A DNA stretch of 64,000 nt from Strigamia acuminata (lineage: Eukaryota): contig OX442314.1 in NCBI GenBank assembly GCA_949358305.1, forward strand, positions 8,928,001 to 8,992,000, in the 5' to 3' direction. Both the position numbers and the translations under genes were made by a program. The notes under the pieces are model-generated. The model saw only the letters and a program-made list of their open reading frames with translations, did not search any database and was not told the origin of the DNA. This document shows positions 1-11,872 of the stretch, piece by piece; positions within the stretch are counted from its first letter, which is position 1, and every line of letters begins with the position of its first letter.

Positions 1-3000
1 GTCGAAGAGGGGGATCATTCAGTTGAAGTTGCACGAGATTACGAAGCCGCTGCCGGCGGAACTGTCGAAGGTTATGCAGGAGTCGGCGTTGAAGAGGATT
101 TTGGGCGCCGATCGCGTGTCCATGTTGGCCGGGGTGTCGAATTTGAGGCTCAAGATTTTGGCCGGGTTGGCGGCTCAGGCGGAAGAGGAATTTGGCGATT
201 GTAGGATTTTTTTTAGAAATTATTTTTTGATATTTTTTTGAGGTTAAATTTTTTTTTTTTAGTGGTTGAGGATTTTATTTTCGACGATATACGCAATCGG
301 GCGGATTTGGCGTTCGCGTGGCTGTACGAGGAGTATTGTTTGCGACAGGGGTTCAACCAAACGGCCAATTTGATCGGCGCGGGAGAGCGGAGCAAGTACG
401 ACAAAGTGTTGTGCGGGTTTCTGAATCGGCTGTTGTCGCGGCCCGATAATAAGGATCGTGAAACGTAAGCGGGGAGTGGAAAGGGTTTTTTGATGGTTTT
501 TGATGGTTTTTTATTTGTTTTAGGTTGTTTCAACGGTTGTATATCGAGGCGCCGCTCATCACTGAGAATGCTGTGGAGATTTTGAAGAAGTTTTGTTACG
601 ACGAGGTGATTTGATTGATTTTTGTGTTGGTTTGTTTTATTTAATTGTTTTTTTTATTTTTTTTTATTTTTTTGCAGTCTGGGGCTAATATCGGGATGTG
701 TATCTTGAAGGAATTGATAGTTAAGAGACCTCCGAAGCAAATGGAGTTCATTAATGTCGTTTTAGATCTGACTGCTCATGAAAAACAAGAGGTAAAAATT
801 TTTAAAAATTGATTTAAATGAGTAAAATATTGATTTAAATTGATTTTAACGATTAAAAATTGATTTTAACAATTAAAAAATTGATTTTAACGATTAAAAT
901 ATTGATTTTAACGATTAAAAATTGATTTTAACGATTAAAAAATTGTTTTTAACGATTAAAACATTGATTTTAACGATTAAAAAATTGATTTTAACGATTA
1001 AAAAATTAATTTTAACGATTAAAAAATTGATTTTAACGATTAAAAAATTGATTTTAACGATTAAAAAATTGATTTTAACGATTAAAAAATTGATTTTAAC
1101 GATTAAAACATCGATTTTAACGATTAAAAAATTGATTTTAACCATTAAAAATTGATTTTAACGATTAAAAAATTGATTTTAACGATTAAAAAATTGATTT
1201 TAACGATTAAAAAATTGATTTTAACGATTAAAAAATTGATTTTAACGATTAAAAAATTGATTTTAACGATTAAAAAACTGATTTTTACGATTAAAAAACT
1301 GATTTTAATGATTAAAAAATTGATTTTAACGATTAAAAATTGATTTTAACGATTAAAAAATTGATTTTAACGATCAAAAAATTGGTTTTAACGATTAAAA
1401 ATTGATTTTAACGATTTAAAAATTGATTTTAACGATTAAAAATTGATTTTAACGATTAAAAAATTAATTTAGACAATTAAAAAATTAATTTTAACTATTT
1501 TTTTAAAACTGATTTGTTATTTTTGTTGTTTTCAGATTCGTTCTCAAGCAATTGGGACCGTGAAACAGCTGTACGATCGCGGCGAATTTAAATCGACGAT
1601 TGAAGTAAATGCTTAAAGAAAAATAAGAAAATTGTAACAGTAATTGATGGTTTTTTTTTATTTTTTTTTTTTAGCAATACGGTTTGCAATATTTGAAACT
1701 TCTACTGCTACCCGAACCTCCGACATCTTTATTCATCGAAAACAGAGGACTGCAAGGCAAGTGCTAACAAAAAAATGTGACAAAAAGAATTCTTTTTTAA
1801 TTTCAATAATTTCTCCATTTTCCAGCCGTCACCAACCAATGGACCGAAGACATCACCAAGTTGTGTTTATATTTATATCTCGCCCTGTTACCCGTCAATC
1901 ACAAACTCATCCACGAGTAATTAATTAATCAAAGTAAATTTGGACTTGACTAATTTTTTTTCCGCAGTTTGGCGCAGGTTTACGTGGGCACAAACGCCAA
2001 CATCAAACGAATAATCCTCCGCGTTCTAGAAGCGCCCGTCAAAGGAATGGGAATGGGCTCCCCCGAACTACTCACACTGGTCGAAAACTGTCCCAAAGGT
2101 GCCGAAACGCTCGTGACGCGAATCATCCACATTTTAACCGACAAAGGTAAAATCGAATAAAATCAAATAAAAATGTATTTATTTATAAATTTTTGTTGAT
2201 TGCAGCGCCACCGTCGGCAGAATTGGTCGCACGAGTCCGGGATTTGTACCACAAACGAGTCCCCGACGTCCGTTTCCTCATCCCAGTTCTAAACGGCCTA
2301 ACCAAGGTTCAATCGAGCGAAGTTATTAATTAAAAATATGTTTTATCGACGCCTTTTCTTCACCATTTGCAGAAAGAAGTTGTCGCGGCGCTGCCGAAAC
2401 TGATCCAACTAAACCCGGTCGTGGTCAAAGAGGTTTTTAATCGATTATTGGGCGGACATGGTATTTATGAATTTATGACTTATAAATTATTTTTAATTTG
2501 ATGTTAATTGCTTTTTTTCTCGCGGTTTTAGGCGATTCGAGCGCGAATTACACGAGTCCGCTGACCCCCGCGGAACTGCTGAGCGCATTGCACAACATAG
2601 ACTCGACGAAGTGCGACATGAAGACCATCATCAAGGCCACGTCGCTGTGTTTCAGCGAGAAGCACATCTACACGCAGGAGGTGTTGGCCGTCGTCATGCA
2701 GCAGCTGATGGAGCAGAACCCGCTGCCCACTCTGCTCATGCGCACCGTGCTGCAGTCGCTGTCGCTCTACCCGCGACTCATCGGCTTCGTCATGAACATC
2801 TTGCAAAGACTTATCCTCAAACAGGCAATTTAATAATAATAACGTGGCATTTCATGTGATTCGTTGTTGTAATTGTTTTCGTTTGGTTTGTTTAGGTTTG
2901 GAAACAGAAGAAAGTGTGGGAAGGGTTCATCAAGTGTTGCCAGCGAACGAAGCCGCAGTCGTTCCAAGTGTTGCTCCAACTACCGCCCGCGCAGCTGCAG

Positions 3001-3636
3001 GACGTTTTCGACGCGAGTCCCGATCTGAGGGAACCGTTGCTCATGCACGTGAATTCCTTCACCGAGCACCAGAGAGCGTTTATTCCGAAAACCATCATGA
3101 ATATCCTGATAGGGCCGCAACCGGAAGAAGACGACGAAGAAGTGGACGTCAAAGTAAATTTTAATATTATTATTATTCAGCAATCAATTATTATACTTCA
3201 GAAATGCATTATTTGTTGTTTATTTCCGCATGTTTTTAAATTGTTTCTAAAATCCATTGAAAATTATGAAAATCCTTGCAAAATCAATTGAAATCTAAGG
3301 AAATTCACTGAAATCTGTGAAAATCTTTGGAAAATTCATTGCAATCTGTGAAAATCTTTGGAAAATTTATTGAAATCTTTGGAAATCCTTTGAAATCTGT
3401 GTAGAAAAGTAGTGCAGATTTGAGGAGTTTGATGCGTTTTAAAATTAAAATTAATTAAAATAATTTATTTGTTTCAGCCGATCATCGACGAGGAGATGCC
3501 ACTCGTTACGCCGTCCGTAGAACCGCTGATTATCCCCCCGACCCCGACCCCGATCATCCCCATCATGAATATGGTGATCAAAACCGAACCCCCGGATGAG
3601 ATTTTGGAGCCGGCGCCACCCGGGACAATCACTTGA
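1..3636 (+). CDS. SYMPK: Symplekin (3'-end processing scaffold), multi-exon, 5'-truncated by window edge
   Basis: Exon peptides match symplekin C-terminal half: '[11 protein letters not shown]', '[48 protein letters not shown]', '[52 protein letters not shown]', '[23 protein letters not shown]'. Last exon ends [11 protein letters not shown] at 3634-3636; AATAAA at ~3685. Confidence 0.93.
830..1500. repeat. Intronic ~21-bp minisatellite (ttgattttaacgattaaaaaa)n
   Basis: Direct tandem repetition; explains the spurious ILTIKK ORFs. Confidence 0.95.
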
Positions 3637-3644
3637 TTTAAGAA

Positions 3645-4620
3645 ATTAAAAGGAAAATGTTTTTAATGAAATGATGTAATCATAAATAAACAGTAGTCCG
3701 TTCTTACATGTCACAATGGAATTTAAAATGAAATTTAAATGGGTGAATAAGAAATTGATTTCAATAGATTTTTGCTTTATTGACAAAAACTTGTTTTTTG
3801 TTTACAATTGATTAGTATTAACATTTGAAATGTGCTAATTTTCAAAATATTTTTCATCAATTGAATTGAATCGTCAGTCGTCATTTATCCTGAAAAGTGG
3901 AAAAGATATTATCAAAAGAAATATGGACAACAATTTAAAAATTTAGCCAAGTTTATGCGTTCAATCATTCGAAAGAGTTTAAAACCATCCTCAATGTCAA
4001 GGCATCTCCGTGTTAAACCAAACCAACCAAATAGATATTCAGTATTAAGTTGCTTTTTAATCTTAGCCCAATTATGAACAGAAGAGTTTGCCACCGGTAT
4101 ACGTACGTCATCGTCGCTTCCGTCTTGATCACCTACTGCCGTCGCTATAAAATTTGGAGATTTTTTTGAAGATAAAATATTAAAACAAAGTTGAAACGTA
4201 TATTCAGGAAATTAGACTCACCAACACACAGCACATCAACGGATGCTCTTGCGGTAGAAGAATTGAACTATGTTGTGAATAGCGGATGGAAGACTTTTCT
4301 TGTTGAATGTCGGTGCTGTGCTAGCGATGCAGCCGTATATATACACATTTATTAATGGCCACATCTGGATGGTCTCTAATTGATTGCATTCAATCGGGTT
4401 TGAGATTCTATTAATTTTAATATTTCAATTCAGTAAAATGAATAGATTATTAATTAGAGAAGCAAATATTAATTAACAAATAGTGCAGGCAATAAACTAT
4501 TTTTAAAAGGTAAATTATCATAGATATGGATGCCGTAAAGTTTATATAAAATTTATATATGTAATATTAGAATTTATGTATTTAATATTGGAATTTATAT
4601 ATTTAATATTGGAATTTATA
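3645..4620 (-). pseudogene. Copy 1 of locally duplicated unit carrying a small putative secreted-peptide gene (start/signal region deleted)
   Basis: Closely similar to 42190-42830 and 62404-63345; encodes ..NSSVHNWAKIKKQLNTEYLFGWFGLTRRCLDI..; lacks the ATG-signal segment seen in copy 2. Confidence 0.55.
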
Positions 4621-5138
4621 TGTTTAATATTATTTTCATAAAAATTTTTTTTTTCACAAAAAATGAATTGTTTTTTTTTCCATAAAAAAAAATTGTTTTT
4701 TTTTCATAAAAAATTGTTTATTTTTGATAGTTTTTTATGATAAAAAATAGTTTTTTTATGATAAAAAATAGTTTTTTTATGATAAAAAATAGTTTTTTCT
4801 TGATAAACAATAGTTTTTTTTTGATAAAAAATATTTTTTTTTCTTTAAAAAATATTTTTTTTTTTTATAAAAAATAGTTTTTTTTTTATAAAAAATAGTT
4901 TTTTCTTTATAAAAAATACTCCCTCTGTCCCAAATTATGGTATACATTTGGGGTGTTTTTTCTGTCCCAAATTATGGTATACATTTCTGGTTTTATTTGA
5001 TTTTTATCATTACAAATACAAAATAAATACAAAATTAATTTAATTAAGTTAAATTATTAATAAATTCAGTCAACAATAAACAATGTGGAGTAAACAATAA
5101 CAATAAATAATACTCCCTAACAATAATAAGAATAGTGA

Positions 5139-7382
5139 TTAACAATGACAATTTTGTCGTGCAGTTTCAAGTGCATTCTGACTGCATTTGATCAAGGACG
5201 ACTACTCCAATGGACGGGAAACACAATGCTGTGGGGTTGGCCTATGTCTGACCAACTCCCACAATCCTTAGCGCGATTTTCAGGGGTGTATTTTCGAACT
5301 AGATTGGCAGCCATTTGCAATTTCCACTCTAAGTTCTCCCAAGTGATTGTAAAGTTTTGCAATCCAATCTAAGAAAACAGGCCTTCTAATAAATAAAAGT
5401 AAGTGATAATATTGTTAAGTAAGGCATTATTAATGTACTGGTATTATTAAAAATGAAATCTTAATGATATTGTTATATTTTTAAGCGTGCAGCACGTAAT
5501 TGTCGGTACGGACATGTGCGTTCGATCGTAAATGTTTTGCATTGAAGACTTAAATAAAAAATGAAATATGATTACTTGATTTTAATTTGTTTAGTAGTTG
5601 AAAGATTAAATATTGTACTGGTGTATTGCAAATTAATGTACAATTTAACACAAATTCTTTAACAGTGGTTCAAAATGTATGATTTTCAACCTCGTTTGAA
5701 TGGAGACACCAGACTAAGATAGTCTATCAAAATCCAATATTTGTTTACATTTTTAGTTGTGTCAGTTTTTGTTTTTTATTAAATAAATAAATACAGGCGC
5801 ACATTTTAAATAAATAAGCCTATTTAATTACCTTGTGGGATGTGTAAGTAACCAAATAACTAATTGTTGTTGTTGTTGGAAATGTGCACGAGTTTATGAA
5901 TTGTTTTGTCCTGACTAGGTTGTTAATGTCAGCTGACACTGTTAACCATTACCACCACAAGGTGGCGTACTAATTTATTGCGCTAAGGATTGTGGGAGTT
6001 GGTCAGACATAGGCCAACCCCACAGCATTGTGTTTCCCGTCCATTGGAGTAGTCGTCCTTGATTTGATAGATATCGGCACACGCCCCTGACGACGGAGTT
6101 GTTCTTTATTCATGTGTTGAATTTTGTAATTGTTGTTACCCTTTGCTGTCATCACTGACTCCATACAACATTGTAGTGTTAAAAATACATTGTCAAGTTT
6201 GTCTTTGTTTAATTCATTGAATGCGTTTTGTACACATTCAATTAATTCGTCAATTGTTTTTGGTGAAGCTTTGTGTTGTAGTGATTGGATTGAATTGAAA
6301 AATTTAAGATCTAAAACATTTAGGTCTGGACTATTTGGTGGCTGCGATTTAAATTGAATACACCATCCATCTTTTGATCCTTCGGCCAACAAAACAGCAT
6401 CATTGTCACTAGAATGGGGTTTGGCGTTATCTTGCTGCACAAAGATGGGCTTGCGTTTATTTGCAACTGGGAATTTATTTTTAATAGCTGGAAAAACATT
6501 TTCTATCATCATTTTTTTACACTCTGTGGCATTAATGGATTCAATATTTTTTGTAACAAGTGTTCCTTTTGTTCGATTTTTACTGTTCCGTTTAGCTGGT
6601 TCTTTATAAACAAAAGGCCAAAGTCCTATTTTCCCATCAAAGTACTGTTTCTTGGCGTGGTCATAACGTGGTCTGGCTACTGCAGCCATGAACATCACTT
6701 TAGTAATGAATCGTTTACTTTTGCATGTTCGCTCGGGCACTTGTTCATCCAGCATGACGTAATAAGAGCGTTTTTCTTTGGTTAAATAAAACCATTTTTC
6801 ATCTATGTGTACGTAGTTGTGTAGATCTTCAAAATAACCATCCTGCTTTACTTTTGATAAACAAAATTGTAGACGGGCCTGTTGATTTTGGTCCGTCAAT
6901 ATTGGTTTCACAGTTGATGATATTCGTTTTAAATGTTCGCCCTCCTTAAATATTCGGAATAGTGTTGACTTGGGAACATCAATAGCACACGACAAACTGC
7001 GAATTGTACCTCGTCGGTTAAGAGGGATGTCTCTAATTTTATTAAGATTTTCAGAATAATTCTTCTGTTTTCGGCCACATTTAATCTTTTTTGATGACAC
7101 ATCAGCAGCAATATGTCCTTCATTATATTGTCTTTTCACTTCTTGCCAAATTCGTGAAATAGTTAGTCTAGTAACTCCAAGTTTTCCTGCAATTTCATTA
7201 ATGGCGCCACGACTCAACTTATTTCTTACATTGCTTCGTTTCAGCAAGAGTTGGAGTATATAATTTCGCTGATTTTCAGTCAATTGCTTCTTTTTGGTCA
7301 CTTTTCTTTGCAAACAGCCATTTTCTGAATTCATTTTTATTTTATTTGAAGCACAACAGGTGCCATTTAAATTTGAGTCCAT
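5139..7382 (-). CDS. DD39D transposase; C-terminal tail interrupted by nested MITE (join 7382-6069 with 5192-5139)
   Basis: Motifs HIDEKWF, KVMFMAAVARPRY, FDGKIGLWPF, QQDNAKPH, QPPNSPDLNVLD with 39 residues between 2nd and 3rd Asp. Removing the MITE restores ..ISIKCSQNALETARQNCHC*. Confidence 0.9.
5193..6061. mobile_element. Non-autonomous DNA transposon, P-element-like termini
   Basis: ~80-bp TIRs beginning CAAGGACGACTACTCCAATGG; 7-bp TSD ATTTGAT (5186-5192, 6062-6068). Confidence 0.85.
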
Positions 7383-9418
7383 TTTGAGAAAATTCAACTC
7401 AGCAATAATGGAACGATAAATTAATTATTCAAAATGCCACCTAGTGATCAGAAAGTGCACTTAATTTGAAAGGTTATTCAGTTAAAATATCTTAAAATTA
7501 TGCAAAATTAACAATAATCAAGAATTTTTTATAGAAATGTATACCATAATTTGGGACAGAGGGAGTAGTTTTTTTTATAAAAAATAGTTTTTTTTTATGA
7601 AAAATAGTTTTTTTTCTTTAAAAAATAGTTTTTTTTTTTATAAAAAATAGTTTTTTTTTTATAAAAAATAGTTTTTTTTTTATAAAAAATAGTTTTTTTT
7701 TTATAAAAAATAGTTTTTTTTTATAAAAAATAGTTTTTTTTATAAAAAATAGTTTTTTCTTGATAAACAATAGTTTTTTTTTGATAAAAAATATTTTTTT
7801 TTTTATAAAAAATATTTTTTTTTTTATAAAAAATAGTTTTTTTTCTTTAAAAAATAGTTTTTTTTTTTATAAAAAATAGTGTCATGAACCGGTTGTTTCT
7901 GATCTTTGAAACCGCGTTTGAAAGACGCGCCAGTTACGATACAAGAGAGCCTGGTCCCGAATAAGGGCCCGGCAGCGTTAAGCAGCCTGAAGTGTGGCGG
8001 CAAGCTTAACCCCCTATTCGATCATGTTACGAATTATTACCGAGTTTGTTGGAGCCTTAAAAGTGGAAGAAGTAATGCTCACGTGCGGGCTTAACAACGC
8101 AAACGTGGCTTAGGCTAATCTGGCAGGGACCCCTAATGGCGGAGCGGCCAGACCGAGCGAGCGCGCACTAATCGCGCGCAAAAGACGAAATAAACAACTC
8201 ATTAGCTACTTGAATCTAACTTCTAGTCCTTCGGCACGTATCAGCGGCATAAAACACAAAAGAACATCGAAAGGAAAGGAAACAAAGATGACACGCGGAA
8301 TTTAGACACGCGATATGATAATGTAGGTCCTCAAACATGCAGAGTTAACTTGCATGGAGTTACTGCGAATTAACACAGGAAAAGTCGCCAAATGCACAAC
8401 GGCCAGTTAAGGCACTTACGATAGCTCATGGTCTTACGCCTTCTGATTGAATCTGGCTTGAAACAGCTCTGAAGTGAACTTGGGCCAGATCCAATACAGA
8501 ATTAGAGGTAAAGCCAATGAGGTAATCAAACCTGAGCCAATCAAACGCGCTGGTGAATAATTAACGCGATGACTAAGCGTGAGTAACTCAAATATTTAAA
8601 TTAACTAGGATAAACTAAATGAAATCAAGAGGGGTAACGGTGAGAAATACACAACTTAGACTAGTCTGATGTGGCTGAATTGAGCCACACCAGACCAAAT
8701 CAAGGGATGAAAATGAATACTAAATGAGGAAACAAGGTAAGAAAACACAAGATTAGGTTTAGGGATTTATTAGAAATCATACGAAACAATGGTTGAGAAT
8801 AACAAAGGAACACACGGATAACGCGCACGAAAACACAACAATTCGGGTTAAAAACAGAGCGCGTAAATGCCGGGCCGTGACACGCCCCTGGGACCAGAGT
8901 GTTTTTATTCTCTGTCTCAGATCTGGAATCAAAAGATAATAAAAATGCGATACAAAAAATCAAATGACAATATTGGAATGAAATGAAAATCAAACTACAA
9001 CTGTGAGGCGCGAGACACTTATCGCGTGGACTCAACAACACAAGCGGGCGTTAAGCGCCGAAAACAAAACTACTAGCCCGAGCGCCAGGCACAAATGCAC
9101 TAATTGCATCAATCACTTTAAAAAAGATCTCAACGCTCGCGACTACTACTCACTACAAATAAAACAAACACCATAAATAACAAAACTTAAAGTCGCGTCT
9201 TCACCTCGACTGGAAAAGAAAGGAGTTTTAACCCCGCATTTCCCTTCGAAATGTCGACTAGCAACAACAATCAGTGAAAAATACATCAAAAAACCAACGA
9301 ACACACTCATTCCAAAGTAAACAAATTCACAAACACCAAAACTCAGCTAAAAGTTCAAACAATGCTAAAAATGAATTAATACTAGAAAAAACACTTTAAA
9401 AACATAAAAAGAAGGTGT

Positions 9419-11872
9419 TCATGACGAATTTTCTCCCTGCTCACAATTCTTTAACCGAACTCTGTTCTCGATATAAAACTTTGCGCAAACTTCGCGTGCC
9501 TTCGCGCTGAATTTGTCCACTCTGGTGTGTATATCGTCCAAGTCCACCCTGGAAATAAAACTGGCGTCGCAATCGTCCTCAGCGTCACTCAGCACTTCCG
9601 GAAGGTTCGGCACGTCCGCCAACACCTTCGTACTGTCGTCAGGCTCGCTGTACCAGTGTCTCAAATCGACGATGTGATATGGCTGCGTTACGCTGCCATC
9701 CTCCTTCATTAACAGCACGGTGTTCGGCCCGATGATCCGGTGGATGATATAAATCCCCTCCGTCCGCTGCTGAAATCCTGCTGAGACCTGCTTGTCCGCC
9801 GACGACAAGATCCTGCTCTTCAGCGTGACCCAGTCGCCAGGCTTGAAGTCACGGGACCTCCTCTTCCGGTCGTACCATCGTTTATGTTGTAAATTCGCGA
9901 TTTCCAAGTTCTTTTGCGCCTCGGCTCCGACGCGTAGCATGTAACGATGTAAATATTTTGCCTCATCCGGTGGAAGAGGGTCTCCGTCGTCGGTGTCACT
10001 GTCGAGGTCGCCTGGATAACGCGCTTCTTGTCCAACGACCATCATATACGGCGAGAACTTCAAAGATGTTTGATAACTGGAGTTGATTGCCAGAATAAAG
10101 TAGCCAATATGACGGTCCCAGTTCACATGTTCATCGATGTACGCGAGAATGCAGGTCTTCAGCGACTGGTTCAAACGCTCCGCCAAATTTCCTTGCGGGT
10201 GATATACAGATATGTACTTGTTCACAATGCCCATTTCCGCACAATGCGCTTGAAAACGCGCAGAACGAAAGGTAGGCGCATTGTCACTAATCAAAGTTTT
10301 CGGGAAGGCCCATCGTTGCACAAATTCCTCAATCTGCGCAATTGTAGTCGGCACATCTGCTTTTTCAGTAAGTCGAACGTCAACCCATCTGCTAGCTGCG
10401 TCAACCATTACGAACGCGTAGCAATTGCCCCGGCCAGACTTCAACTTTTTCCCAAAGTAATCGACGTAAATGGTTCTGAAACGACGGCGTGGTTTTGCCG
10501 TTTCCATTTCTCCCATTGGCAAACGTCGTTCAACTTTCGCTCTCTGGCATGGCCCACATACTTTAATCCACTCAGACACATCCCGCTTCATTCCTGGCCA
10601 GAAAACACGCGTTTTTAAACGCATTATGGTCTTTTCAATTCCGAGATGGCCAGAAGTTGGCGGAAAATGTAAACAATGAAAATAATTTCGCCTCAATGGC
10701 TCTGGCAGGTAAATACGACGCGATTGAGCGCGTTGGCCAATTGTTACTGGCGGATACCTGCACAGAAGTCCATGATACAAAGCCATGTCTACAGATTGCT
10801 TTTTGATCTTCTCAGCCTCGTCTTCGTCAGGCGGCAAATATTTCGAATTTAAATACAACATAATGCCTTTCGCCCAAACATCAGCCAACTGAGCCTCCCT
10901 CATAACTTTCCGAGTTGGCAACAACTCATAGGCTGGATGCTCTGCTGGATAATCATGCAGATCTTCAGATTCATCTGACGAGACTTGGTCATTTACTGGA
11001 AGTTGTTGTGTCTGCCCCGAACGCGTATTCGGTCGAGTTGGCAATGGTGGCACCGTAGTCCGATATTCATCAGAACTTCGGTCACTTAGCAGGTGCTCAC
11101 TACCAGATTTGTCTTTATCCGAAACTGGTGACGCATCTCTTGGTGATAACGAGAATAAACGTTCACTGACTGCAGGTGACACAACCTTTCTGGGTCTTCC
11201 AACTTTACGTTTGGGTTTTGGTGGTCTTCCTCTTTTCCTTTTGGGTATAGGATCTACAGGAGCCACACTGTCCTTTTGTGGCCTTCCAACACGCCTTTTT
11301 GGCGGCAAGGCAGCTGGAGGCGTAATTACACCAGAGAGCTGGTGTGCTTCCACGACATTTTGCATGTCTGTCGGCACACTACCCCCCCTTAAGGGGTCGG
11401 GGGGTTTGGGGGGTTGGGTGTTTGAATCCCCAAACAACTCGAGCGGTTCCAACTCCTCAAATTCGCGCCCCTTTTGAAGAAGACGCGATTTCTTTCGAAG
11501 CTTGGCCGCGTTTACGATTTTTGAGCCAGATGACTTTGGCACGAAATCCTCGTCAAGCTCCACCATTTCTATGGCCGGCCAACTAGAGAAATCGTCAAAA
11601 AACGCGCAATATGTCGCATCATCCAAGAGCGGACAGTCATCGTTGCCAATTTCAATGGCTGGATCTACAGGAGCTCTGCTCAACGCATCAGCAACACGAT
11701 TACTAGTGCCGCTGCAATGCAAAAACGTGAAACGATATTCCGTCATTGACAAAATCCATCGGGCTAACCTGCCCTTTGGTTCGCGCTGAGCAAAAAGCCA
11801 TTTCAACGATTTATGATTGCTCTCAAGGTAAAAGTTCATAAGTTCTAAGTAACCGCGGAACCGCTTAACTGC
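9419..11872 (-). CDS. Element A RNase H C-part, AT-hook linker and integrase (same frame, after the TGA)
   Basis: GRLARW, VADALSR; three GRP AT-hook-like motifs; HHCC (H..SGHLG..CGPC); D-D-E in YVDYF/ISDNA/LAERLN. Confidence 0.85.
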   Translation of the reverse strand, partial: AVKRFRGYLELMNFYLESNHKSLKWLFAQREPKGRLARWILSMTEYRFTFLHCSGTSNRVADALSRAPVDPAIEIGNDDCPLLDDATYCAFFDDFSSWPAIEMVELDEDFVPKSSGSKIVNAAKLRKKSRLLQKGREFEELEPLELFGDSNTQPPKPPDPLRGGSVPTDMQNVVEAHQLSGVITPPAALPPKRRVGRPQKDSVAPVDPIPKRKRGRPPKPKRKVGRPRKVVSPAVSERLFSLSPRDASPVSDKDKSGSEHLLSDRSSDEYRTTVPPLPTRPNTRSGQTQQLPVNDQVSSDESEDLHDYPAEHPAYELLPTRKVMREAQLADVWAKGIMLYLNSKYLPPDEDEAEKIKKQSVDMALYHGLLCRYPPVTIGQRAQSRRIYLPEPLRRNYFHCLHFPPTSGHLGIEKTIMRLKTRVFWPGMKRDVSEWIKVCGPCQRAKVERRLPMGEMETAKPRRRFRTIYVDYFGKKLKSGRGNCYAFVMVDAASRWVDVRLTEKADVPTTIAQIEEFVQRWAFPKTLISDNAPTFRSARFQAHCAEMGIVNKYISVYHPQGNLAERLNQSLKTCILAYIDEHVNWDRHIGYFILAINSSYQTSLKFSPYMMVVGQEARYPGDLDSDTDDGDPLPPDEAKYLHRYMLRVGAEAQKNLEIANLQHKRWYDRKRRSRDFKPGDWVTLKSRILSSADKQVSAGFQQRTEGIYIIHRIIGPNTVLLMKEDGSVTQPYHIVDLRHWYSEPDDSTKVLADVPNLPEVLSDAEDDCDASFISRVDLDDIHTRVDKFSAKAREVCAKFYIENRVRLKNCEQGENSS

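Larger units (their letters stand above)
4919..7565 (-). mobile_element. Tc1/mariner DD39D transposon (plant-mariner/Stowaway-type termini)
   Basis: 31-bp TIRs CTCCCTCTGTCCCAAATTATGGTATACATTT at 4919 and ending at 7565, TA duplication on both sides, extra subterminal TIR copy at ~4961. Confidence 0.95.

Noticed and set aside
8103..8641. Transition differences between element A LTRs as a sign of APOBEC/ADAR editing
   Set aside because: Only about four sites; too few to support a mechanism.
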